Assembly (NCBI GenBank): GCA_030141605.1
Contig: JAQGDQ010000887.1
Location: 1 to 64,000, forward strand
Source: Tubiluchus corallicola
Taxonomy: Eukaryota > Animalia > Priapulida
DNA length: 64,000 bases
Direction of reading: 5' to 3'
Below, piece by piece: positions 50,086 to 64,000 of this stretch. A model generated the notes under the pieces. It worked only from the letters and a program-made list of their open reading frames with translations. It had not been told where the DNA came from and did not search any database. How positions within the stretch are numbered: the stretch's first letter is position 1; every line of letters starts with the position of its first letter. The position numbers and the translations under genes were made by a program.

Positions 50086-52539
50086 TGTTAAAGAAATAGA
50101 GGCATTTCTCGTTTGTTTGAACAGTCAGTTAAATGTACAGTGACCGAAAGCGCGGTTCTATATTGTACATTATTTAGTTGACCATAATATTGCTGTCTAT
50201 TTAGTGCAGTGTTGAAATAGTTTAACGACACAAACATGTACAACAGGCCTACCTTAGACGTCTTGCAATCATAGAAACCTTCCTTGCAGCCTGCAAGGCC
50301 TATAATTTGTATATCAGTACGTAAATCGATTGGTGGCTTTTATTCCAAGTTATTATTCTACAGAAAACAAACTTTAACTATTCATTACCTGACACTTTGT
50401 TCAGTTGCAGGAGCTTACTCTCTTACTCTCCTCGGGGCTGATTTGTATAATTTTCAAACCGTACCTGTTTTTATTATCGTCATGTATATAGTTGTAATGT
50501 TTTGTGATGCAAATTAGCCAAATAAAAAAATTATTGAATTGAATGGAATACCTACGACTGTGCGACTAATCAGCTATTAAATCAGAATTTTGAACAACTG
50601 GCTTTAAAGCTAGCATTCAGCTGCTTGACTTTTTTATATACTTCAGCACACTACAAGCCGGAATGAGCTTGAGGCAAGATCATTTCCTGGCTTATTATCA
50701 AGGAAACCCTCGTCTAACAAGCTGTAAATTTGTATTATATAATTATATGTACTATTTATTTGCTATTTGATATCATTTGCAATAGGTGTATTAGCTTTAT
50801 ATTGAAATGTCGCTTGTATTGGTATTTATTTTCAAAACCAATTTTCAAAACTATTTGTGAATTTTATCTGGTTATACATAATTATTATACTTGTATAATA
50901 ACGGCAATAAGCAATTTTACATATGATATGATATGTAATTACATAAAATGCAATTGCACTGTAAGGGGTTCAAACAAGCATTTCTAACTTTATTTTTTAC
51001 AGTATTCAACAGGAAGGATAAAAGTTTGCACAGTACTAAAAGTCCTTTGTGAATGCCATTACTTTTACTTTCTTTAGAACGTATTGTCTTTTCACTGTTC
51101 TACCTGCTAATCTGATAATCCTTTATAATTTTTTATTCTTCTTACAAAAAGCGACTGCTTTAGAAACTGCAGTAATGTGGTTTTCTGTAAATTCTAACGT
51201 GATTTTATTTCACTTAAAAATAAACTTAAAACGTTTTCTTTAAGAAAATATGGCGATCATTTTTACCTGGGTTACTTGGGTCAGAGTTCAGACTCGCACC
51301 CATATGACCCCCCGGAAAATGGTGACCAAAGTGATCCACGACCCATGACAACGGACGCACTTACAACTCTGTCAATTGCTCTATAGTTCAGTCGACTAAT
51401 GACAATTATTATACTATTACAGCAGCATAAATTTTGCAACTAAAATTGTATAATTAACATTATAAGTTTATATTGGAATTAATATCGCGTTGCTTTTCTT
51501 TTGAAGTGCTCTTTACATTGCATTGTTCGTTAGCATACTGGAAATCCTGTACATGTAGCACCTGTCTGCATCAGAACCTGTTTGGCGTTTGGTGCCTACT
51601 CTACGCAGGGCATAGTGCACCGAAAACGCGCACGCCAAAACGTAGGCAGTTCCTATAATAATTAATAATAATTTAATAATTAACTTTAATTATTAATTGA
51701 GTGTACTTGATAGAATATGAAATTTATGGATGCTGCATAGTAATCTTATAAGTTATAAGTCTTATTAAACAACTGCATGATATTCTATAACAGCAATTTT
51801 TGTAGACATTTATTCAAATCGCCATTTCTCGGTTACGCTGCAAAGCGATACATTTAAAACAAAATAAAGTAATAACAAAATCTGATAAATTAACAATGCA
51901 AATAAAAAAACCGGCTTTAGGCTATAAAATTTTACAAAACATGAAGAAATAAGTTTCTGGATCAGTTTAAGCCAGTTTACTTCTATCGTCTTATTCTATT
52001 GTTTTTAATTAATACATTCTTGGCACAAAGCTGTAGAACAATGCCCATCTTTTGTTAGTAGATGAATGAGTGACTTCTTCTGGGCTACTAATTTCACTAC
52101 AGCGACTCTGCCTTTGGCTATTTCTCTCTATGTGCGACACATCCAAGCGTGCCTTAGTCTCGGACGGACCGACGGTTAAGTTATTCATCTTAGAAGAATA
52201 ACTTTAATAATGAGAAAGATTCATGTTCTACCGCAACCATTCAACTTTAGTGTAGTCTGCACTGGTGAGTGCTGGATTCCAGCTTACAGTGTATCGAACT
52301 ACATAGAAAACAATCGTGAGTCTATCTGACTATGGGCGTTTCATTACTTAGTATTTTACTAGTTGCATTATCTTATCGTGTAAGACAAATTGAACTTGAG
52401 CTGAAAAGAACTGTAGCATGGAACTTCGATACTAAAACATGCAAGCTTGTAGCCTTGAAAAACACACAGGACTACATTACAGCTATCCGATTTATAGGCC
52501 ATATTAAATGACATCCTGATAAATTGACAGTCATCTTAT

Positions 52540-53227
52540 TCATTCATCAATATTTTTTAGCCATGGCTTTACTTTGCTGTGCGTGGGTTTGTGCCTCTTC
52601 AAGTTACCTGAGTGAACAAATGTCTTATCGCACATGTCACATTTGTACGGTTTAATGCCAGTGTGAATGCGACTATGCGTTGTCAAACCGTCAATGCGAC
52701 TAAACATCTTACTACAATAACTGCATTTGTAAGGCTTTTCTTTTGTGTGTGTTCTGGTATGCATATTCAGCGTTCCTGTGAATCGGAAAGTTTTTTCACA
52801 CAAGTCACATTTGTAAGGTTTCTCGCCCGTATGTATTCTCATGTGCCTCGTCAAGTTACTGCGCTTCGTGAACGTCACTTGACATACGTCACACATATGC
52901 TGATCATATTTGCGCCGGCATTGGCGAACACGCTCTAGTTTTGTGACGTCACTGTCACACTGGGTCGTCACGCGGTGAAGCACTTCGCTGTTGCACTGGA
53001 CGGTTGTAGTCACGTGGTGGTAATTGGTGACATCACTGGCGGTGCTAATTTTCTCGGATGAACCCGTTTCTGCACAAGAGAGAAGAATCTCTTCCAAATA
53101 GGTTTCGGTCAGTGGACCTAGTTCAATCAGCGTTTGCTCCGCCTGAGTTTCGTCTCCAATAATGACGTTATTCCAAACAAAATAATCCGTCATTGCAAAT
53201 TTACTGGTAACATACTCAATCAAGCAT
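52540..53227 (-). CDS. C2H2 (Kruppel-type) zinc-finger protein, 4 fingers, terminal exon
   Basis: CDVC..H..H, CDLC, CSYC and CDMC fingers with TGEKPY-type linkers; acceptor ctttcag at 53228; possible start at MTDYF. Confidence 0.88.
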
Positions 53228-56200
53228 CTGAAAGAAGATAAAAATAAATAAATGAAAGTTGACTATCCACAAATTACTTTTTATCGCAAACGCCATTAGG
53301 CGAGTCGTTATCACATGCAGGCATTACTTCAGAAATAAGAGATTAACAACAACGTAATGCATCCCATTCGTTGTGATTAATTAACAATCTAATTTGTTGC
53401 AATTAATTTAATAATAAAAAAAATGCAACAACACATCAAATTTACCTATTGGTACTGCGTCGCACTATTCGAAAAGTAATAAACGTTCCTGTATTGTATT
53501 TAATTTCGCCAGCATTATTAGGTTTTACCGCGGAAACATGGTCTAATGCACATTTAAAGGAAACACAACGCATTTAATGATAAGATAAATTGTATTCCAG
53601 CAAGCCCAAGCTTTTGTCAACAGCATTATCTGAATAGTGCTGTCCATTACGCATGCGCATTAGACCATCAGCGGCGTGACAGCGCCTGGCAGGTGACAAA
53701 ACCCTCTGACTCGATTTTCTTTCCAGGCAAATTTGTTTTCCTTGCTTTGTCAGCTGCCAAACTTGTTATGGGCATAGCAGACAGGAATCAGAAAAACAAG
53801 CCGATATGGGCCTTGTGCATGATTTGAGGTTAAAACCCATTAAATCGTTTCAGTTTAGCAATAATTATTAACATTTGCACGCAAGACTCTAGGGCAATTC
53901 TGACTGTATAGTAATTAAGGATGACAAATTAGATTGCTTGCTTTATGACAGCCTTTTGCACGCAAAGAAAGTGCATTAATAACTGCCAACTAAGCGAACG
54001 CACAAAAATTAATAATGATTTTCCACCATATTTTTCGCCGCATTTTTGCCAAATTTGCTGAATTGTTCCTTGGAAATGCTGTTTTTATGTCGAAAGGCAA
54101 TGAAGCGTTTTCGTTGACCATATGGCAAGTTGCCCATTTGATAGCGCCGCACGCACATTCGAATGCATAACCCATTAGCAAACGCTGTTACACTTTGCGA
54201 TAATTATTCTCGTTTCTGCAAGAGATGCCATATAATTGGTTTTGTCATTTATTGCCGAGAATATTTCTGATGATGGCATCAATATTGATCACTGACCTGA
54301 GCACACTCGTGTTCATCGTTTTATTAATATTAATTAGATAAGCCACATTCTTGATTGGCTGACTATTGTAGACGGCACTATTTATCAACTGATTACTTAA
54401 ATAATTATTATTATGGTTCTATAGCTGCAGAAATCCAAGCACACATATAATATGGAAAATCAGTGTAAGGAATGTAGATTCTCTACACAATACTCGTATG
54501 TATCAGCAGTTTTAGCAGTTCAATAACACAGAAGCACTTCTATCTTTTTAAATACAAAAACTGACTCAGTTTACAGAGTGTCGGTTAGATTAGATGAAGC
54601 AAATACACATTAGCAACTGAAGTAGAAAAATGTAATTTATAGGCATAAGTTCACAATATTGTCATACAGTCATTTATATATTGTACATTTTTACGACTTA
54701 AATTAAAAATACTTTACTGCAAACTCTAAAAGGCTGCAATGAAATAAACTAATCATAGTTGACAAACTTTCGTTAAAATTAGGAGAAAAACGCATGTAAC
54801 TAGCATAAAAGTTTTGAACTCGTTTTTGGCAAGTTGAAAACTCGTGCCAGGTATCAATTAAGCTTGTTAAAATTTTTATCATTTGTTAAAATTGTTATCA
54901 TGTTAAAAATTTTCAAGGCAATATGGCTGTTTTAGATCTAGTGACTATGGTTTGTTTCCTAACATTTACAAGGATAAGCAATAAGTTCTGCCCTATTTAC
55001 TCTAGTTTCCTGCGAACATTCGTGTGGGTAATGCCGACCTGGCTCACCTGATCATCAATGATCAATGGCAACTGACTTGCACTTCTACCCAGACTTTTGT
55101 CACATCCAGGTGTTTTTTCAGCCCCGAGGTAAAATCGGTAGGGCGAGTAGAAACGGCAAACGTCTGTGTGGCACGTGCCTACACTACAACCAAGAAACGA
55201 CAACCAGACCTATCAACTTCTCCACAAAAGAGAAGCCTCGGTTGTCATGGCGCGACCAATGCGCTGTGAGAATAGCATTTGACAAATATTATTGCTGATT
55301 AATCATGCTGAATTCACGGCGGTGTGGCATTATTTTCCTTTTATTGATTTGCTTTTCCCTTAGCAAATACACATATGCAATGTGACTATGGTCACAAGCA
55401 AACATAGTGACTCATTAGACATCTGGATGCCGGATACATTCCATGTTTGCTTGCTGGAAAAGCTTGCTTTAAAATGAAGAAAATCAATTAGACAATTTAC
55501 AAAAACTATGGTGATATGGTTACAAAGTTGCAGTTAGTTACAACACAAAAAATATTGGAGAAAAATGAAAATCGCGTTCTGTGTCCAAAAAAACCTCGCG
55601 TCAAATTTAGGATTATTAGCGACCGCTTCAGACAAATGCTAGAGGGAAAATTACGATCAAAGTCTTTCAAAATTTCAAGACTAAAACTCCAGGCCACTTT
55701 ATAACGCCTAAACGATTGGAACTTCTTTAGTGTAAAAATAAAATTAAACTTTTATGTTTGACCATTTCCTTTACAAATTAACATTATTCAAGATTTCAAA
55801 TAAAATTTGAGCTACTAAAAATAATCACGTATGCATACATTGATGGCTGCGTTACACACCACAAACTTCGCATCGCAAACATACAGTCCAAGAACAGCAT
55901 TATTTAACTAAATCGGTATCACAAAAAACTGTTTCCATTATCCGAGTCTTTCAGCCAAGTAGCTCAAACAATCGGAAGTTAGTAATTATGGGATTTGACA
56001 CGTACAAATTTATAATAACTGCAATATACACGCCCGAATGCTTAGTTTCGCCGTAAAGCGGTTTTTTTTGGTGCTTTGTTTCATGATTACTGCCAGGCAT
56101 GTTGACTGCAGAATGTTATCATTGTTCTTTACGGGAAGTGTGTTTAAGTGTCAGGTGCATTTACCCTTTGTAATCAGTCCTTTGTTAGTGTAATCTCGCC

Positions 56201-58675
56201 ACGGACGTGTGGTTGTCATGCTCCTCTATGTTACACCTGATTTATAGACCCACTCCTGACCCAAAGCCACTTATTAAACTGGTACTTGTTGCAGTAACTG
56301 TATTTTGGCCAATAGATGGCGTCATCCAAATCTACGTGAACAAGTTTATTATGCACTTGTACAATTTATTTTAATATAACTTAACAATTTTGTAATTAAA
56401 GTGTTAAATTCGTTAACGTCCACATTGTCAAATGTTAAACACGTTTTTGGTACACTGTAATAAGCCTATATTATAAATATATGCTGTTGCCAAAATCCCA
56501 TTCAGTGTTTACATTAGAAATCTTATTAGATCTGTTATCTCATGTTTACTTGGCCAGTGGCCAAACTATACTATACATATGTGCTTGTATAGTCACTGAT
56601 GCCTTTGATTTAATTGCTTACTCTGAAAAGCTTCTTAGGAAAATTTAATCATAGTAGTTGAGCATTCAAGACTGATTAAACAAAGTATTTGAGATTTTTG
56701 TTCTACATAACGAGAAAATCTTGGAATCGCTGACGGTATATTCTCTAAATATAAATGAGATTTTACTTGTATTGCCACCTGTATTCAAATCTTTTTGACG
56801 ATTTTTTCTATATTTTCTTGCATTACTGTTTCCCTTATTTAGTCAGTTTTTTTAAGACGACGCCACATTAATTAATAAAAGACTATGTACTGAGGTGAGC
56901 AAAACTAAATCTAATGCAATGAAACTTGTCAAAAGTACAGTGTAATTTGTACTAATTTCCCAAAACTATGACTAATTCGTCGATGTACATGAAAAAATAT
57001 CCATTACGGCCAGAATGATAAGGTATAGTTCTTTTGACCGTGTTCCAAGTTCCCAATTCACGCGATCTATTTACTGTAACAGAGTAAGCCGTTATTTTTT
57101 GGTAACTCAAGAACACATTTAAAAATCAAGCTGTGTTACTTTATTTATTGCATCACACATGCCGCGGCATGCGCGCTGAGTTCTAACTCCATGTATATCT
57201 ATATCTATCTATCTATCTATCTATATAACATTATATATATGTACTTTACCTTCAGAAATTCTTGAATCTAACCTACAGAAGTAATGAAACAATTACAGTA
57301 TTACTGCATATCTTTATACATTTTCTCACACTACATGCCAGAATTCAGTACTCAATGGCAAGGCCTACATATTACGTTGATGGTTATGACAAGATGAGAA
57401 TTTTATTGCCAATGATAATTCAGATGATATACTTTAGCCAGATGCAGACCTATTGGTTCTTTCTCTCAGAGCATTAGTATTGTAGATGAAACCACAGAAA
57501 GTGATTTCCTTGATGGTCGATAGATCCATTTTCTAATCAGTCCTGGATTTTTTAAGTTTGATCGCCTAACATATACCCTGGCCACTCATCTATTCCCTCG
57601 ACTTAAATACTGTCAATTTTTCCTAATATCCTCGCTCTTTTTTTATTTTTTTTGCTTCGAGTTTGCGTTACAGCTGCACCACTGTCCAAGGGTAACTTCA
57701 GCAACTACAACAACAGCGACAGCAACAACTGCAAAAGCGGAATGATTTCCACACAAACTACAACCACTGCCGACACAACAGCGATAATGTTCAAATGAAC
57801 ATCCGAGCTCAAGTAGCGCTAGGGAGCTTTTCAGTATCAAAATCTAATTGTTATAATACGTTCAAGCAACAGTAGCATGATATGTTCTCTATGCCAAAGT
57901 CACGTTATTGTTCAGTAACGCATTACAAGTATATACATGTATATTGTTTCCTGAGAAAATGTTAAAGATCTGTGTGTCTCATTGCTGAAAAAATATAACT
58001 ATGTAAGACACAGGCCTCAATTATGAAAAAAATATCCATGTCTTGTGTCTCTTGAAAAATAATGTCTGACTTCCTGTTGAAAAAAATAAAAAACCTCCTG
58101 CTAATGTAATTAAATTCAAGTTAACTATAGAGTTAATTAGCTGTTAGTGTAACTTATTGCTTTATTCAATGTTCTTACATTTAAAACAACTAATTTATAG
58201 CTAGTTCAGATGTACTCTTCCATATTTTAAACTACAATAAGCAAAATAGAGTAAAAGCCTACCTGTCGCTGCAGCTGTTACAGTAACCATAATTCCAGTG
58301 AAAGGTGTCACAAGCAATAATAAGCCTTAGTAACGCTTGCTATGGGCAAATACGCTGCTTGGCGCAGGTGATGTGCGCAGGTGGTGTTGATGGCACATGC
58401 TCAAAAAACAATTATTTCCATTTGTTTTGGCCAGCAAGATATCTTAACTCAAAGCATTACACCTGTGCGGCACATGTGAAACCGCCCACTTTAATTCATT
58501 TGTTATGTTTTAGATTTAGATAATCGTAGATCTACTTTTGTCCGTCTTCACTTTTCTCGTTTTCATTGCCAAAACTACAAGGCAGGTTTGAAATTNNNNN
58601 NNNNNNNNNNNNNNNNNNNNNNNNNNNNNNNNNNNNNNNNNNNNNNNNNNNNNNNNNNNNNNNNNNNNNNNNNNN

Positions 58676-58820
58676 TCTCTCTCTCTCTCTTTTTTTCTCT
58701 CCCCCTCTCTCTCTCTTTCTTTCTCTCCCCCTCTCTCTCTCTCCCTCTCTCACTCACCTTCTTTTTTAATTTAATTCTTTCTCTCTTCCCTCAGTTTTTG
58801 TTTTCCTTTCTCTGTCTAAT
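58676..58820. repeat. CT-rich microsatellite adjoining assembly gap 58596-58675
   Basis: Read directly. Confidence 0.9.
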
Positions 58821-60457
58821 TTCTGATATAGATCTTTTTTTAAAATCTTGCATTATTACCATCGCCGTTATCGTGTTGCAGAATTTTTTATTTGTCTTGG
58901 TTCTAGCAAAACTAAAGAAACGGGTTTTTAAAATTTTAGGTAAAACAATAAAATCATCCCTAGTGACGAGTCACAAGTTGACGTATTTGTTGCAACGACA
59001 AATGGATGTATCCGGTTCTATGTAGTTGGACAAATACGTTTAAAGTCTCGTGATAACTTTAATTATTATAAGGCTTTTTAATGTTGCTGAGTAATTTGTG
59101 ATTACGCACAGTAATTGTCATTACTGTGACAGGGTGAGTGGCTTTTCAATGTTTGACCTTACCGTAAGTGTTACTGACAATTGTTTATAGTTCAAATTTT
59201 CCGAGAAAAGTCTTTCACAAATTCACTGTATAACATTCACGGAACCTCAACTCTACCAAACACATCGGAGCTACCCTGTAGTACAGTATAGTAACATCTT
59301 TATTTGCCATAGTAGTTAAAAAACATACACTGTTGGTGGCAAATGCGTCAGTGCAAAAACTAAACTACAGGTGCAAAAAATATAACTTTAAACTTGAACT
59401 TTGCATATTTTACATATTTACAAACTGCCTATCAGCGAAATTAAGTCGGTTAATATGGCCTGGGGTAAATGAATTCTGCATTAGTGTGTAAGTTGTCATA
59501 TTGGTAAGATGCATATTCAAATATTGACATCATTAATGCTTTTGTTTTGGTTTTGAATGCGGTTAATCATTTAATACGTTTGATTTCGACTAGTAGTGAA
59601 TTCCAGAGCGTTTTTTGCTATTGAATTGTGTCCAAAGGTTCTAGTTTGTTTCAATTCAGTATTCTGGCATTTTTTGAGTAGTGCTAATTTCTTACTTTTG
59701 AATGGAATACTTAAATTATTTATATATTTTTGAGTTGAAAATGAATAATAATGTATATAATAATGATAATCTTTATGGGCTTCTATGATTGCATTTTTAG
59801 TTGGCTTCTTAAGTATTGCGGTTTTATTATTTACAAGTCTTTGTAAGTAATAAAAATTTATTGCTACAAAGCCCTATTTTTTATTTTTCGTTTTCGTGAA
59901 TTGTTTTAATTGTTCTTAGTTTTTAGACTAATAAGTGCATTAATATTTGCCATTAATTATGAATAAGACTAGAAGAATAATAGAATAATAGAAGAATGAT
60001 CGAAGACCCAAACAGACTGGCGTCGAACTCATACAATCTCCTTCAAAAACTTTCTTCCAACAACTTGGTCTCACAAGCTTAAATATCATGCGATCAGCTA
60101 GCGGTGCGTTCTTGTATCATTTAGCTTCCACTTTGTTTCTCAGGGCTGTGGACTCTTCCAAAAAAACAAAAGAGAAAACAAATATAAAACAAATATGTGG
60201 CTTTATGTTCCTGTAAATAAGTGAGGGAAGAATGCATTTAACTATAATATTATTTGAATAAATTATAAATTATTATAGTAAATAATTATTATTAATTATT
60301 TATAAGTTATTTATTATATTTATTATATTATTTATTATAGTTAATAATTATTATTAGTAAATAAATTATTGAGCAAGCCAGACAAAAGTTAGAGAGACAG
60401 AGAGAGAGGGAGGGAGAGAGACAGGAGAGAGAGAGAGGGAGAGAGAGAGAGGGGGGG

Positions 60458-60753
60458 AATTATGACACTGCCTGGTAATAAATTAACTTTTATCTTTGTA
60501 TGCTAAGCAAAGACTTTACAAGGTCCATTTAATATTTTTATGCAGGCAATTTTTCCCCCAGAAAATATAGCTTCAAAAAACACATTAGGCCTAGTTTTCA
60601 AATTAGGCCACGAAAACTAGGCCTAATGTGTTTTTTGAAGCTATATTTTCTGGGGGAAAAATTGCCTGCATAAAATTATTAAATGGGTCTTGTAAAGTCT
60701 TTGCCTAGCGTACAAAAATAATAGTTAATTTATTACCAGGCAGTGTCATAATT
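60458..60753. mobile_element. Foldback/MITE-like long palindrome, 296 bp
   Basis: Arms of ~142 bp (AATTATGACACTGCCTGG... / ...CCAGGCAGTGTCATAATT) around a 12-bp spacer at 60600-60611. Confidence 0.88.
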
Positions 60754-61299
60754 AAATATTTAAACTTAATTACCTGGCTGCATTCTCGGGTAACTTAAAG
60801 AAACAGCTTACAGTTTCAACTGTCTGCTAACACACCTGTGTGTGACCAGCCCATAATTCTCTGTCGCTAGGGCGGCACAAACTGCGCGAACGGCTGCGCA
60901 GTCGAAATTTTCTACTGTGGCTCTCTAGTTTTGACGACTGAGTGACCTAAGCTTGTCAAGACTGGAGCTGTGATAATGCGGTTTTAGCAATTTAGCCGCA
61001 TGCGCAATGCCGACAAACAGTATGGCAGATTGTGATTCGTGAAGAAATTATTATTAAGAGAAATTATTTATGTACCCATAATTTAAATACCTCACATTTA
61101 AATTTTTTGTAAAATGTCAACTAAAAATTACTTTACGAAGCTAGGGCGCAATCTCACAAGAGCGGATGCAGACAATTGCTTCTCATTCTTTGATATTGAT
61201 AGGTAAGGACCGGTATTGTAAATTTTTGGCGTTTTGGACTGGCGCTTCTAACAACACGAAAATGTCTTCAAATCCTTTCAAAAGTTGCAAGAGTACTAG

Positions 61300-61640
61300 C
61301 ATATAAAAATGCTTTTAACGCACTCCCCTCAGTTCTTCTTTAAAGGACTTAACATTTGGGGCATTAACAATATCACTGCCTAGATTGTTCCATTTTTGCA
61401 CAACATGGTTGGAGAAAAAATGCTTCCTTATATTTGTACGTGAATATCTGACGTAGTTTTCGCCCATGACCACGTATCTCTCTATATGGATGTTCAAAGA
61501 AATTATACGGATCCAAGACTGCGTTCCCATTCAATGTCTTAAACATGTTGACCAGAACAATCGTGTCACGTCTGTCCTCCAAGGTAGAAATATTGTTAAG
61601 ATCCGGATCGCTAGCAAGACATAGACAAGACCTTTCCAAC
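61300..61640 (-). mobile_element. CR1-type LINE 3' fragment
   Basis: TLEDRR..., IRGHGRKL and RTNIRKHFFSNHVVQKWNNL match the conserved CR1 ORF2 C-terminus; frameshifted. Confidence 0.8.
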
Positions 61641-63607
61641 TCTTTAAAGTACGTATTCGTCTGTACAAAAAACTTTTAGCAATTAAATGGCCTGACAATA
61701 TCCAATGGTAATCTGTATAATATGGTGAAGAAGCACCCTTGAGGTATTAAAAATTAAATAAGAAAACTGCATTGGATTTGTTTTCATATGTCAGACAACA
61801 AGAAACTCTCGACAACCAGCAGAACACTATAGTACCAAAAAAGTCCGAATTAAAATAGTGCCGGATATTGTTACAGGATTTGGCATGTACTAAAACTATA
61901 CCTCGGGAATTTCCTCTTCCTGTGGTACAGAAGTTCATGAAACGTAAGATTGTTGAAACGACAAAAAAGCCAAGAAGGGATCAACTACTGATGTATATAG
62001 AGATATACTGCAAGAAAATTTAGCAAGTGCAACTGTAGTTTTGAGCGATGATGCGAGTGATAGTAGCAGATAGGAGTGCCTGTTATTAACAGGTGGAGCT
62101 TGCCGTGTTTAAGTATATATAAGCACACAAACAACGAAGCAATGTCTATGTTAAATAATTATGGTCGATAAATTGTAAATTGGAAGTTGACACAGTGCAG
62201 AATGTGATTACAATAAAATTTATTTAACCTCTTAATCAGCACTGAAAGTAAAAAATTCTCCTAAAAACTAATAAATAACTAAATAAAGCTATATACCGTT
62301 TGTCCCAATGTGTATGTGAGGTGTTTCTGAAAAAAAGTCCAGGTACACCAAAAAGTTTACGCTGCCGAATCTTTTCATTCAGGCTTTTTAGTTATTTCTA
62401 GAGGTTGTTGGAAGTTGAATGACAATCTCAAAGAGAGGTTGGATTTATGTTTTGCATTCATGTGATTAAATTTTCATGTTTGATTTTATATTACTATTAA
62501 AACTATCATTAATGATAATTATTTTTACGTTAATTGACCTCATGATAAATTAATATTACTATGATTATTTATTAGTAGTAATAAAACTGTTATTATTATT
62601 AATCCTGAGAAAAACTAAAGTGTAGTGTTGCATCAAAATTCTGAAACAGCAAGGTTCACTCTGAACCAAAACAAATTTTCAGTTTATTTTGTTTCTTTTG
62701 GTAGAAAAAATTTGGTGACGTTTTGTGTCTGCGACTTCTGCTTTGGCTAAAAAAGCGTCATCATTAAGCAGTCCAACTAGGTCTGACTGGGTTGAGCACA
62801 TTCGAATGTTGTTTTATGGCATTTTTTTACTTTTACAGTAAAAAAAATTGCTAGTTTAAACACACATTCACTCTGCAGTTCTAAAAAGCTAAGGTCCAGA
62901 AAAGCTGTGTAACTTCATATTTATTAAGACAGCAATTTTGCCAGCCTGGAAACTAGAAGTTAAAATGCAGGTGATGGGTTAATTAAAATTTAGTGCATCA
63001 TAACCATCCAGAATAAGTTACCATTAACATAAAGATGTACAATTATGATTTACCCCAGGTGTGAGTCTTTTTAAGTCTGTTATTACCATAAATAAAAGAG
63101 TAAATGATTGGAATTATGGCTTTATTCCAGTTTAAAGAGCAGCGCCATTCCAATTACAAGTTAAGGTGCATTGCCTAAGAGAACACCAAACCAAAGTGTT
63201 GTAACAGGCATAGATGTTAATTAGTTACTCAATATTATATATAACAAAGTCTCATGCTTGAAATAGAAATTTCAGCTTCTTAGTGCCTCAATGCTGCAAA
63301 CGAAATAGTTTGATTTAAATCGAAATCTCAAACCTCAACAACTGAATCCGAATTACCTGTTTGTTGAATTTTTAAATAGCTCAGACATAGGACATTCACT
63401 TTTCTGTGTTTGTAAACAGGTGATTAGGAGTGTATTAAATGCAAAAAGGAGTGAAATAGATTAGATAAGTTGAGGATACAGTCTAAACAACTTATAAACT
63501 GAGCTTATGTGAGTGGCCTTCATATTGCTCGAGCAAGTTGTTATCACACGATGTAAAATTTGCCAACTTGCCTCTTTTTGGCATTTCACATGAAAGAGTC
63601 GTGGTAT

Positions 63608-63995
63608 CAGTGGCGGATTATGATTTTATGGGCCTTAGGCTTGAGCTTGGAACGGGCCTTTTAAATGTTGCTACACTGCTGAGCTGACGTGTTTTTGTGG
63701 AGCTCTCGTCGTTTGTAAGTTTGTTTAATTTTGTGAGTTTTTGCCCACCGATTGTGATAAAAATTATATCTTCTTGATCCTTGAGTTGTGGACTAGGACT
63801 ATATAAACACGATTACGGCTTGGTGAGTTTCTGGGTTAGATGTCAACTAAAATAAGCCAATCAGAAACTCGGGTCCCTTGCTCTTTTGTCAATTTATTAT
63901 TTTTTTTTACAAAAAAAAAATTTTTCCGTTTTATTTTGCCGGGCCCCTTTTGATCCCGGGCCTTAGGCTTCAGCCTATAGGGTTATCCGCTACAG
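63608..63995. mobile_element. hAT (Tip100-like) MITE, 388 bp
   Basis: Imperfect TIRs CAGTGGCGGATTA / TTATCCGCTACAG; left flank CGTGGTAT, right flank CGTGG at the window end; GGCCTTAGGCTT repeated subterminally. Confidence 0.8.
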
Positions 63996-64000
63996 CGTGG

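Noticed and set aside
53550-55760. GC-richer segments resembling DNA-transposon fragments
   Set aside because: Could not define TIRs, TSDs or coding motifs by eye.
59290-59950. Possible L2-like LINE tail (also 50280-50545 and 63050-63480)
   Set aside because: Only compositional hints; no clear translatable motif.

Overview
AT-rich, intron-rich animal genomic DNA, probably an invertebrate bilaterian (inferred from gene content and repeat types), with two assembly gaps (33258-33721, 58596-58675). Genes reconstructed by reading splice sites: (1) the 3' part of a GATA4/5/6 (pannier-type) transcription factor on + (3664-12205), with an array of symmetric phase-1 small exons that each create a [D/E]-x-K motif at the junction; (2) a complete 3-exon galactose-3-O-sulfotransferase-like gene on - (28140-23921, 399 aa); (3) two tandem paralogous genes on - encoding ~70-aa His/Cys-rich membrane microproteins (NHCLHC...PW..VWIYCCC) that I cannot assign to a named family; (4) a 4-finger C2H2 exon on -. 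Mobile DNA is abundant and nested: a young full-length BEL/Pao element sits in a dead Tc1/IS630-type transposon inside the first intron of one microprotein gene, and an internally deleted Gypsy element sits in a CR1-type LINE. Also present: 5S-rRNA-headed SINEs with RTE-like tails, head-to-tail Helitrons, three hAT MITEs, a Kolobok-like pair, a 296-bp foldback palindrome and several mini/microsatellites. All coordinates were read by eye and no database search was run.
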